The notes under the pieces: model-generated
The model's input: only the letters and a program-made list of their open reading frames with translations
Told to the model about the DNA's origin: nothing
Databases searched by the model: none
Shown here: one piece after another, positions 45,575 to 53,118 of the stretch
Position numbering within the stretch: the first letter of the stretch is position 1
Layout of the letters: every line of letters begins with the position of its first letter
Made by a program: the position numbers and the translations under genes
Assembly: GCA_022776215.1 (NCBI GenBank)
Contig: JALFIR010000017.1
Location: 5,836 to 69,835 of the forward strand
DNA: 64,000 nt
Source of the DNA: Solobacterium sp.
Lineage (GTDB): Bacteria; Bacillota_I; Bacilli_A; Erysipelotrichales; Erysipelotrichaceae
Direction of reading: 5' to 3'

Positions 45575-45577
45575 AAT

Positions 45578-45607
45578 AAATATGGTTCCCTAGGGAACCA
45601 TATTTTT
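45578..45607. terminator. Palindromic bidirectional terminator
   Basis: AAATATGGTTCCCT (45578-45591) pairs with AGGGAACCATATTT (45592-45605). T-run on plus, A-run on the other side. Confidence 0.75.
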
Positions 45608-45616
45608 GTAAAGAAA

Positions 45617-45638
45617 AAGATAATCAAAAGATTATCTT
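45617..45638 (-). terminator. Minus-strand terminator overlapping the stop of the 45632-46036 gene
   Basis: AAGATAAT (45617-45624) pairs with ATTATCTT (45631-45638). T-rich on the minus strand. Confidence 0.5.
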
Positions 45639-46036
45639 ACTAGTGAGCTAACAAGCTTTCCAAGTGATAAGATGTTGTTGGCTTTTTTATTTAATTTATG
45701 TACTTTATTAATAGATTTATGAATACTTCTCTTTTTCTTTTTAGTGTCGAAGAAGTCTTTAGTAATGGCTTTAATAAGGGAAATTGTTCCAAATATTTTT
45801 AGGAAGAATGGAATGCTTGTAGTAGCTGTATATTCAACTTTTGTAAGTTTTTCTTGTGTTTCTACAAGTTTTGCATCAATTCGTTCTTGTGTTTCTAATA
45901 GCTTAGAACTTGAATTAGCTAGGATAATTAGTTTCTTAAACATCATAATAAGGACAATTATGATAATAATTGCCAATAAGTAATAGATGTATTTAATGTA
46001 AGAATTATATACTGTTAAAAATGATAGTATGTCCAT
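45632..46036 (-). CDS. Hypothetical membrane-anchored coiled-coil protein
   Basis: 134 aa, with an N-terminal TM (YYLLAIIIIIVLIMMF), a second hydrophobic segment, and a repeated LVETQE(K/R) element. No family recognised. Confidence 0.5.
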   Translation of the reverse strand: MDILSFLTVYNSYIKYIYYLLAIIIIIVLIMMFKKLIILANSSSKLLETQERIDAKLVETQEKLTKVEYTATTSIPFFLKIFGTISLIKAITKDFFDTKKKKRSIHKSINKVHKLNKKANNILSLGKLVSSLVR

Positions 46037-46040
46037 ATAT

Positions 46041-46637
46041 TTATTTTATCACCTTTTGAATAATTTCTTTTCCAATGCATGTGGGAACTATGCCTCTTGT
46101 GATTTCAACTATCTTATTATTGATGTTTTCGTCTTTTAATACATAGTTGAAAGTAACGTTTTCATCATAGTCAGCATCTAGTTTAAGTGTATTAGCCATT
46201 AAGATAGGATTTACCTTGTTGGCAATTTCATAAGATAAGACAATTTGGTACTTGTTGTAGGGAATATCTTCCATGATGGTTGCTTGTTTTAAGGCTTCAC
46301 TTACACTATTACCATAGGCTCTTATAAGCCCACCAGCACCTAGTTTAATACCACCAAAGTATCTTACTACTAAAGCGCAGGTGTTGTTTAGGTTGTTTTT
46401 AACAAGAACGTTTAAGATGGGCGCTCCTGCCGTGCCGTTTGGTTCTCCATCATCGCTGCTTCTTTTAATATCACCAATTACCAGTGCTGAGCATGCATGA
46501 GTAGCATCATAGTGTTTCTTTTTTATTTCTTTTAGATAGTCTTTAAAGTCTTGTTCATCTTTAACTGGTTTTAAGTAGGTTATGAATCTGCTTTTTTCAA
46601 TTACAATGGTGTTGACTGTTTCCTGTTTTACGTACAT
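46041..46637 (-). CDS. YigZ/IMPACT family protein
   Basis: IEKSRFI, DDGEPNGTAGAPIL and VVRYFGGIKLGAGGL motifs. The start was chosen at MYVKQE because of the TATAAT-N6-ATG geometry. Confidence 0.85.
   Translation of the reverse strand: MYVKQETVNTIVIEKSRFITYLKPVKDEQDFKDYLKEIKKKHYDATHACSALVIGDIKRSSDDGEPNGTAGAPILNVLVKNNLNNTCALVVRYFGGIKLGAGGLIRAYGNSVSEALKQATIMEDIPYNKYQIVLSYEIANKVNPILMANTLKLDADYDENVTFNYVLKDENINNKIVEITRGIVPTCIGKEIIQKVIK
46043..46051 (-). promoter_or_regulatory. Extended -10 (TGaTAAAAT) 6 nt before the ATG of the 45632-46036 gene
   Basis: The minus strand reads TG-A-TAAAAT-AAATAT-ATG. It overlaps the yigZ stop codon. Confidence 0.4.
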
Positions 46638-46643
46638 AAATTT

Positions 46644-46649
46644 ATTATA
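46644..46649 (-). promoter_or_regulatory. -10 box TATAAT 6 nt before the yigZ ATG (leaderless geometry)
   Basis: The minus strand reads TATAAT-AAATTT-ATG with no SD. Confidence 0.45.
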
Positions 46650-46658
46650 CTGATTTTG

Positions 46659-46667
46659 TGCTAAAAT
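46659..46667 (+). promoter_or_regulatory. Extended -10 (TGcTAAAAT) 7 nt before the ATG of the 51-aa ORF
   Basis: TG-C-TAAAAT-ATTAAGC-ATG. Confidence 0.4.
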
Positions 46668-46674
46668 ATTAAGC

Positions 46675-46830
46675 ATGCGAACTTTAGAAGAAGTATTGAA
46701 GGATCTTGAAGAGGCTGAAAAGGAATTTCAAGAGAAATGTGATGTCTATGGTATCAAGGATGATACTATGAAGAAGAAAGAGACAGAAGTTAAAGAAAAT
46801 AAGGATGAGGCTAGTGTTAATAATGACTAG
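46675..46830 (+). CDS. Small acidic protein, 51 aa (hypothetical)
   Basis: MRTLEEVLKDLEEAEKEFQEKCDVYGIKDDTMKKKETEVKENKDEASVNND. Not in the ORF track. It is bracketed by an extended -10 and a terminator hairpin. Confidence 0.35.
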   Translation: MRTLEEVLKDLEEAEKEFQEKCDVYGIKDDTMKKKETEVKENKDEASVNND

Positions 46831-46838
46831 CTTTTTCT
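46810..46838 (+). terminator. Terminator-like hairpin at the end of the 51-aa ORF
   Basis: GCTAGT (46810-46815) pairs with ACTAGC (46826-46831), followed by TTTTT. Confidence 0.45.
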
Positions 46839-46920
46839 TATGATAAAACAATTACTTGTCTCTAGAGAAGCTGGTAAAGTAATTTTAACAAAAATCACTA
46901 AAAACATTATTTCTATTAAA

Positions 46921-46967
46921 AAGTATATTTTGAAAGTATATTTTAAGTATATTTTACAGTACATATT
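46921..46967 (+). repeat. Four tandem AAGTATATTTT-type repeats just upstream of the SD of the AlbA_2 gene
   Basis: Copies at 46921-46931, 46934-46944 and 46945-46955, plus a degenerate CAGTACATATT at 46957-46967. The SD AGGAG is at about 46974. Confidence 0.8.
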
Positions 46968-46984
46968 GATAAAAGGAGAATAAT

Positions 46985-48289
46985 ATGAATATCGGTTTCG
47001 AGAATGAGTATCAAGAATTTAAAGAGGAGTTAGGGCAACTTGATAAGGGCTTAAAATCACTTACTTCAATGCTTAATAAACATGGAAAGGCTACTGTTTA
47101 TTTTGGTGTAAACGATGATGGAAATGTTTGTGGTTTGTCTATTGGTAAGGAAACGTTAATGGATATTAGAAATAGAATCCGTGATAAGATTGAACCACGC
47201 ATTTATGCCGATATTGAAGAATTAAAGGATGATACTGGTAAGGCCTATATAAAGATCACCGTAAGTGGGCTGGATATACCCTACTCATTTGATGGTAGAT
47301 ACTATTTGAGAAATGTTTCAGCTGATGAAAAGGTAACAAACGATGTGTTGAGAAAAATGCTTGCTTCATCTGATTCAGATATTTTGCGCCAAAAGTCTTC
47401 TCCTAATCAAAATTTAAGTTTTAATTCATTGTTTGGAATACTAGCTGGTAATGGAATCCATCCAAAACCAACTAAAGAATTTTATTCTAATTATTGGCTG
47501 TTAAATAGAGATGGTAATTTTAATATGAATGCCTATTTATTGTCTGATAAAAATGAAATATCTTTAAAGGTTGTGGTTTTTGAGGGAATGGATAAAAGTG
47601 TTATGTCTAAAAGAACTGAGTATGGTAGCAAATGTCTTTTGATTTCGGTTTCAGAGGTTTTGCAGTATTTTGAGGCAATAAATATCACTGATGTTAATCT
47701 TGAAGGTGCACTTAGAAAAGAACAATCTTTATTTGACTTTCCAAGTTTTAGAGAAGCTTGGATTAATGCTTGTTTGCATAATGATTGGAAAGATGGTATT
47801 GCTCCTTCTGTGTATATGTTTGATGACCGTATTGAAGTTGTTTCATATGGTGGACTTCCTTTTTCTTTGTCTAAAGAAGGTTTTTATCATGGAACAAGTG
47901 TACCTGTGAATAAAAGTTTACTAACAATATTTATGACAGCTAAATATGCTGAACAAAGTGGTCATGGAATTCCTACAATAGTTGAAAAGTATGGCAGAGA
48001 TGTATTTTCTTTTGATGATGGAATGCTAAAGGTTACTATTCCTTTAGCTTTTGAAAGACCTGAAGTAGTAAATCGAAAAAGAATTGCACTTAATAAGAGT
48101 GGTTTAAATGAAAATCAAAAAATAATAGTCGATATTTTATCAAAAGATGGAAGATTGACAATTAAAGAAGTTGCAGAAAAAACTGGCATTAGCGTTCCTG
48201 GCGTTCAAAAAATTTGTTCTAAATTACAAGAATATGGAATTATTGAACGAAATGGTTCAAAACGTGATGGTAGGTGGGTTGTTAAATAA
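46985..48289 (+). CDS. AlbA_2 (Schlafen-type divergent AAA) / HATPase_c_4 / wHTH protein
   Basis: N-terminal ENEYQEFKEELG...ATVYFGVNDDGNVCGL is AlbA_2-like. The centre has WINACLHNDW...IEVVSYGGLP. The C-terminal wHTH reads LTIKEVAEKTGISVPGVQKICSKLQEYGIIER. Confidence 0.7.
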   Translation: MNIGFENEYQEFKEELGQLDKGLKSLTSMLNKHGKATVYFGVNDDGNVCGLSIGKETLMDIRNRIRDKIEPRIYADIEELKDDTGKAYIKITVSGLDIPYSFDGRYYLRNVSADEKVTNDVLRKMLASSDSDILRQKSSPNQNLSFNSLFGILAGNGIHPKPTKEFYSNYWLLNRDGNFNMNAYLLSDKNEISLKVVVFEGMDKSVMSKRTEYGSKCLLISVSEVLQYFEAINITDVNLEGALRKEQSLFDFPSFREAWINACLHNDWKDGIAPSVYMFDDRIEVVSYGGLPFSLSKEGFYHGTSVPVNKSLLTIFMTAKYAEQSGHGIPTIVEKYGRDVFSFDDGMLKVTIPLAFERPEVVNRKRIALNKSGLNENQKIIVDILSKDGRLTIKEVAEKTGISVPGVQKICSKLQEYGIIERNGSKRDGRWVVK

Positions 48290-48292
48290 AAT
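48287..48292 (+). promoter_or_regulatory. -10 box TAAAAT (overlapping the upstream stop codon) 6 nt before the Fic ATG
   Basis: TAAAAT-TGTGCT-ATG with no SD. Confidence 0.35.
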
Positions 48293-48298
48293 TGTGCT

Positions 48299-49120
48299 AT
48301 GTTCTCTTTTCATAAAAATGTATATGGATATGTGAAATCAATTGATTATTGGAAGAGTCTAGAAATAGACTCGTTAGATAAAACACAAGATATTCTAAAA
48401 GATTTTAGAATCCTTTTCTCATATCATTCTGGAGTAATTGAGAATACTAATATCAAGTATCTAGATGTAAAAGAAATATTTGATAGTAGGAGAGTAATTA
48501 ATTATACAGGCGGTCTTTTTACTTTGTATGAGATTGATAATTTAAGAATTAGTTTCGATTATATGCTTATTAAAGCTATCGATAAAGAACCTTTAACTGA
48601 GGAAATAATTAAGAAGTTTCATAAATTGTTGACTAGCCGTACCTATGATGAGAGAAGATATGTGGTTAATGAGGAAAGGTCAGGCGAATATAAGAAGCAT
48701 GATTATGTTACTGGTAAGAATGAGGTTGGTTCTTTGCCTGTTGATGTATCTAATGATATGAGGAATCTTATAGAAGAAGTTAGTGGAATAGAACTAAAAA
48801 GTGATGAAGATGTTTTGGTGTTGGTTGCTTATGTTCATAATATGATCGAGCATATTCATCCTTTTGCGGATGGGAATGGAAGACTTGGAAGGTTACTTAT
48901 TAATTATTTGTTGTTGGTAAATGGTTTGCCACCTTTGATTATTTTTGATGATGATAAGAGTTTGTATTATGAGTGTCTTCTAAAATTTGATGAAAATGAC
49001 AATCTTTCTTCAACAGTTGAGTTTTTAAAGTATGAGATGGAGAAAACTTGGGAAAAAGTGATAGATAAATACAAAGCAGAGAATAACAATAATCACAATA
49101 AACTTAGAATGTTCTTGTGA
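48299..49120 (+). CDS. Fic family protein (class II, intramolecular inhibitory motif)
   Basis: Fic motif HIHPFADGNGRLGRLL and the N-terminal inhibitory motif SGVIEN ([S/T]xxxE[G/N]). Confidence 0.85.
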   Translation: MFSFHKNVYGYVKSIDYWKSLEIDSLDKTQDILKDFRILFSYHSGVIENTNIKYLDVKEIFDSRRVINYTGGLFTLYEIDNLRISFDYMLIKAIDKEPLTEEIIKKFHKLLTSRTYDERRYVVNEERSGEYKKHDYVTGKNEVGSLPVDVSNDMRNLIEEVSGIELKSDEDVLVLVAYVHNMIEHIHPFADGNGRLGRLLINYLLLVNGLPPLIIFDDDKSLYYECLLKFDENDNLSSTVEFLKYEMEKTWEKVIDKYKAENNNNHNKLRMFL

Positions 49121-49126
49121 TTTTCG

Positions 49127-49165
49127 AATAAAAAAGCGATGCAAGTTTTTATGCTTACATCGCTT
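49127..49165 (-). terminator. Intrinsic terminator of hsp20
   Basis: AAGCGATG (49134-49141) pairs with CATCGCTT (49158-49165). There is a T-run on the minus strand. Confidence 0.6.
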
Positions 49166-49190
49166 ATGGCCTATGCGTTGGCCTTATGAT

Positions 49191-49613
49191 TTATTCAATT
49201 GAAATAGTTTCTGTTGATTCGATTTGTTTTTGTTTAGCAGATGGTACTGTTACTTGTAACATACCGTTTTCAAATTTAGCTTTTACATCTTCAGCTTTAA
49301 TGTTGTCACCAACATAGAATGATCTAGAACAAGATCCGAAGTTTCTTTCGCTTCTTACTAGATTACCCTTAGCATCCTTTTCTTCATCAGTTGTATTATG
49401 AGTGGCTTTAATACTTAGGTAACCGTTAGATAATTCCATAGTTACATCTTCCTTCTTATATCCTGGAACTTCAATATCTAGAGTATAATAACCATCCTTT
49501 TCGTGAACATCAGTTTTCATAATAGAATCAAATCCTTGACGGTTGAATTCAGTTGGGAAGAAACCATCAAACATATCATCAAATAAATCATATTTTCTAG
49601 GCATATATTTCAT
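49191..49613 (-). CDS. Hsp20/alpha-crystallin small heat-shock protein
   Basis: Alpha-crystallin domain (DVHEKDGYYTLDIEVPGYKKEDV...NGMLQVTVP). The start was trimmed to the ATG after CAGGAGGAAAATTAAT. Confidence 0.9.
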   Translation of the reverse strand: MKYMPRKYDLFDDMFDGFFPTEFNRQGFDSIMKTDVHEKDGYYTLDIEVPGYKKEDVTMELSNGYLSIKATHNTTDEEKDAKGNLVRSERNFGSCSRSFYVGDNIKAEDVKAKFENGMLQVTVPSAKQKQIESTETISIE

Positions 49614-49669
49614 ATTAATTTTCCTCCTGTACATCTATTTCTTTGTACACTTATATACTATCACATTGT

Positions 49670-49696
49670 TTAGCAGTGTCAATAGAAAAGTGCTAG
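49670..49696. promoter_or_regulatory. CIRCE-like inverted repeat overlapping the hsp20 -35 box
   Basis: TTAGCAGTG-N9-AAGTGCTAG matches the consensus TTAGCACTC-N9-GAGTGCTAA at 14/18 positions. A further AGTGCTAA half-site lies at 49712-49719. Confidence 0.4.
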
Positions 49697-49724
49697 CAAT
49701 TGTGATAATTAAGTGCTAAATGTT

Positions 49725-49754
49725 GATAAAAAGAAAAGATCCTTTTTAGGATCT
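49725..49754 (-). terminator. Intrinsic terminator of the nucleotidyltransferase gene
   Basis: AGATCCT (49737-49743) pairs with AGGATCT (49748-49754). There is a T-run on the minus strand. Confidence 0.6.
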
Positions 49755-50670
49755 ACTTCTTCCATAGGTCAAATGGATATGTTCCATTGTCTTTAAAGCT
49801 TTGAATCTTAGCTACAACAGATGGTTTATCTGCTTGATATGTAACACCAAACCAAGAATCTTCACTAGTTAATACTTTTACTTTAGCCTTATTGTCTCTT
49901 ACTAAGTAACCAACATGGTTAGGAAGTAATGCTTCATACTTAAGAGGATTAGATTTGATTCCTTCAGGTAATTCAGCAGTAAAAATTTCTTGTAGTTTAC
50001 CAATAACAGATGGCTTGAAGCCCCAGAAGTTCATTGATACTGGAGTTCCCATTTCAAGAGGAAGGTAAGTACCATCTTCTTCAAATTCAACACCATCATG
50101 ATTATCGTTCCATTTAATATTCATAACTTCTTTGATTGAAGTTAAGTAATTGTTTTCATCTTTTTGACATACGCCACGAGTAACTGTACCGTTGTCTGAT
50201 AAAGTATTTTCTACCTTGTAACCAACCATACAGTATTCATTGTCGTCAGTTGTTTCGTCAAAGTATTTGCTTACTTTTTCAAAAGCGTCACGTCCATAGA
50301 AGTCATCTGCGTTACAAATAACAAATGGATCATCCTTTAGAATGTTTCTACAAGCAAGTAGAGCATGTGTTGTTCCCCAAGGCTTCTTTCTTTCTTCAGG
50401 AACTGTATTGCCCTCTGGGATATCGTTGATGTCTTGAAACGCATAAGTTACTTCGATGAATGGTCTAATTTTCTTTACGATGTGTCCTTCGAAGATTTCT
50501 TCGTGTTCTTTTCTAATGATTAGAACTAATTTTTCAAAACCTGATTTAATTGCATCATAGATAGTGAAATCGATAATTGATTCACCGTTTGAGCCAAGAG
50601 TGTCAACTTGCTTAAGTCCGCCGTATCTTGATCCCATACCCGCAGCTAAGATTACTAATGTTTTTTTCAT
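49753..50670 (-). CDS. Sugar-phosphate nucleotidyltransferase family protein
   Basis: LAAGMGSRYGGLKQ N-terminal NTP-transferase motif and ICNADDFYG. Confidence 0.7.
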   Translation of the reverse strand: MKKTLVILAAGMGSRYGGLKQVDTLGSNGESIIDFTIYDAIKSGFEKLVLIIRKEHEEIFEGHIVKKIRPFIEVTYAFQDINDIPEGNTVPEERKKPWGTTHALLACRNILKDDPFVICNADDFYGRDAFEKVSKYFDETTDDNEYCMVGYKVENTLSDNGTVTRGVCQKDENNYLTSIKEVMNIKWNDNHDGVEFEEDGTYLPLEMGTPVSMNFWGFKPSVIGKLQEIFTAELPEGIKSNPLKYEALLPNHVGYLVRDNKAKVKVLTSEDSWFGVTYQADKPSVVAKIQSFKDNGTYPFDLWKK

Positions 50671-50700
50671 ATATATTAATTACGTACTCCTTATCTATAA

Positions 50701-51405
50701 TTATAGATGAATTTTCTTAAAAGTATCACTAATAGAGTCGTGAATTACGATATCACAGCATTCATCTGATTTAGTTGGCTCTTTATTGATGATTACAAGA
50801 GTATCTCCCCTAAAGTATCTAACAAGTCCTGCGGCTGGATAGACATTCAATGAAGTGCCTAAGATAATCATTAAATCAGCATTGTGTATGGCTTTGACTG
50901 ATTGTTCAATTGTATCGGAATCTAATGCTTCTTCATATAAGACAACATCAGGTTTAATGATGCCACCACACTTACAATAAGGAACACCATCTTGTTTTAG
51001 GATATCGCTTAGTGTATAAAACTTATTACATTTCATACAATGATTTCTAAAGATGGAACCATGTAGTTCATATACTTTCTTGTTGCCTGCAATGGTATGT
51101 AGTCCATCAATGTTTTGAGTGAGAACTGTTACATCTTTTGTGTCTTGAAGCTTGGCAATAAACATGTGACCATAATTAGGTTTAGCATTCTCATAAACCA
51201 TCTTATCTTTATAGAATTCATAGAAAGTTTTTGGATCTTGCATAAAGTAAGAATGGGATATTATTTCTTCTGCATGTTTATTATTTTTGTATAGACCAGT
51301 ATTCGATCTAAAGTCTGGAATTCCAGAGTCAGTTGACATGCCAGCTCCTGTAAAAAAGACAATTTTGTGTGCTTTATTAATAGCTTCTTGTAGTTTGTTT
51401 ATCAT
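50701..51405 (-). CDS. cobB: NAD-dependent protein deacylase (Sir2 family)
   Basis: GAGMSTDSGIPDFRS, QNIDGLH, LHGS and Zn cysteines (CMKC...CKCGG). Confidence 0.9.
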   Translation of the reverse strand: MINKLQEAINKAHKIVFFTGAGMSTDSGIPDFRSNTGLYKNNKHAEEIISHSYFMQDPKTFYEFYKDKMVYENAKPNYGHMFIAKLQDTKDVTVLTQNIDGLHTIAGNKKVYELHGSIFRNHCMKCNKFYTLSDILKQDGVPYCKCGGIIKPDVVLYEEALDSDTIEQSVKAIHNADLMIILGTSLNVYPAAGLVRYFRGDTLVIINKEPTKSDECCDIVIHDSISDTFKKIHL

Positions 51406-51411
51406 GTTTTT

Positions 51412-51440
51412 ATTATAGTTGCCCTTAAAAATACATGCAA
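51412..51440 (-). promoter_or_regulatory. Promoter TTGCAT-17-TATAAT with the cobB ATG 6 nt downstream (leaderless geometry)
   Basis: On the minus strand: TTGCAT (51440-51435), a 17-nt spacer, TATAAT (51417-51412), AAAAAC, then ATG (51405). Confidence 0.6.
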
Positions 51441-51504
51441 ATTAATGGTATATATCTCTAAACACTTTGTTTGCCTCTAAAAACACATCAATTCTAAGGG
51501 CAAG

Positions 51505-52650
51505 TTAAGTATCTTTTCTTAGAATATCTAGATAATCAAAGTAAGAATATATCTTGGTCTTGCCTGATTTAGCGCTTTGTCTAAGAATTCCTTTATCAGC
51601 CAACAATAATACAGCCTTGGCTACAGTATTGTATGACAAGCTTAGGGCATTGGTTGTCTTTTGTATATCGATAATAGGATTCTTTTCTAAATAGTTAAAT
51701 ACTTTAAGAACATTGGTTTTTTGTCTTGGTGAAATATCATCAAGTATATTAATGTTATTATTATGAAGTTTTGTTAGTTTGTCTATCGTATCAATAGCGT
51801 CACTACTAGAATCAGCAAGTGCTTGTAAAAAGAATAGAACCCATTGTTCATAGTCACCAGTTTTTCTCACTTGGCTTATACGGTCATAGTATTCGATACG
51901 ATTCATTTTTAGAAAATAAGAAATATATAATGCAGGACAGCTTATTACTTTCTTATCTATCAAGAATAGTGTTATTAATAAGCGTCCAATTCTACCATTA
52001 CCATCTAAAAATGGGTGAATGGTTTCAAATTGATAGTGTATTAAAGCAGCCTGTATTAAGGGGTCTAATGAGTCATCACTATTAATGTATTTTTCCAAGT
52101 CGGACATAGCTTCTTGCATGTCTAAGACATTGGGCGGTATGTAGCGAGCTGTTTTGATGTTACTATTTTGACCACCAATCCAGTTTTGAGAATATCGGAA
52201 TTCTCCAGGGCTTTTTTCTTGTCCTCTTACTCCTTCCTTGAGTATTCTGTGTGTTTCTTTAATTAATCTATTGCATAAAGGAAGGGTATTAAGTCTATTT
52301 AAGGCGTATTCAGTAGCTTTGATATAGTTAACAACATCTGAAACGTTTTGATTAGTATTTTCTTCTATCAAAGGATTAAATATATCATCAAGGGTACATT
52401 GAGTTCCTTCTATTTGAGATGATAATAGAGCTTCTTTTCTTACGTACATAGAAACAAATAAATCGATATTGGGCACAAAATTAGATAAAGCATCCAATAA
52501 TGTTAAATTTTTACTAGCTTCTACTAGTTTAAAGACTATTTCATTATTTAATGTTAAAGGTGGTACTGGAGGCAGTGGTGCCGGTTTAAAAGATTGATAT
52601 GACATATCATCCGATAAATTATTTATGTATTTTCCTGCACGATTGTTCAT
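51505..52650 (-). CDS. Fic family protein (class II) with C-terminal wHTH-like region
   Basis: HPFLDGNGRIGRLL and the inhibitory motif SSQIEG. SD AAGGAGAG. Confidence 0.85.
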   Translation of the reverse strand: MNNRAGKYINNLSDDMSYQSFKPAPLPPVPPLTLNNEIVFKLVEASKNLTLLDALSNFVPNIDLFVSMYVRKEALLSSQIEGTQCTLDDIFNPLIEENTNQNVSDVVNYIKATEYALNRLNTLPLCNRLIKETHRILKEGVRGQEKSPGEFRYSQNWIGGQNSNIKTARYIPPNVLDMQEAMSDLEKYINSDDSLDPLIQAALIHYQFETIHPFLDGNGRIGRLLITLFLIDKKVISCPALYISYFLKMNRIEYYDRISQVRKTGDYEQWVLFFLQALADSSSDAIDTIDKLTKLHNNNINILDDISPRQKTNVLKVFNYLEKNPIIDIQKTTNALSLSYNTVAKAVLLLADKGILRQSAKSGKTKIYSYFDYLDILRKDT

Positions 52651-52663
52651 TTACTCTCCTTAA

Positions 52664-52796
52664 TTGAAATATCTTACTCTATTTTAACATTGTAATTTCA
52701 AGTTGAGCAGTGAAAATGAAATTGCTTGTTAATAGCAATTTCAAGGTAAAGCATAAAATTGAAATTAGTCATGTGATTATAGTTAAACAATTTCAT
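52664..52796. repeat. Six TTGAAATTG-like 9-mers in strictly alternating orientation
   Basis: Plus-orientation copies at 52664-52672, 52716-52724 and 52759-52767. Minus-orientation copies at 52693-52701, 52736-52744 and 52788-52796. The middle pair forms a 9-bp hairpin (52718-52742). Confidence 0.75.
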
Positions 52797-53118
52797 TTTT
52801 TGGTTAATTTAACATCCATTTCGTGTTTTTGTGGTAAATCATTTCTGTTTTTTGTGATAACAATCGTTAAATATATTTAAACTCGACAAGTAATTGACTA
52901 GATACTTTTTTGTCGAGTGACTAACAAATCATCGTCTAGTTTGCACAATAACGTTGAGGTAAGTATATGTAATTCCAGTTAATATTAAAGAATTAATTAA
53001 TCAAAACGTTGTTGAGTCTAATGGGTAGTGTATAAGTAAAACAGTACACTATCAATATATGTAAAGACATTGTCACTACTATGTTATATAATATAAGTGA
53101 TAAAAAGGAGGATATAAG

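Noticed and set aside
51419-51503. A 9-bp inverted repeat, TTGCCCTTA (51419-51427) and TAAGGGCAA (51495-51503), bracketing the cobB promoter region.
   Set aside because: The arms are 67 nt apart and short. One arm lies in the cobB promoter spacer and the other next to the Fic stop codon. There is no supporting feature, and it is plausibly coincidental or a weak long-range terminator stem.
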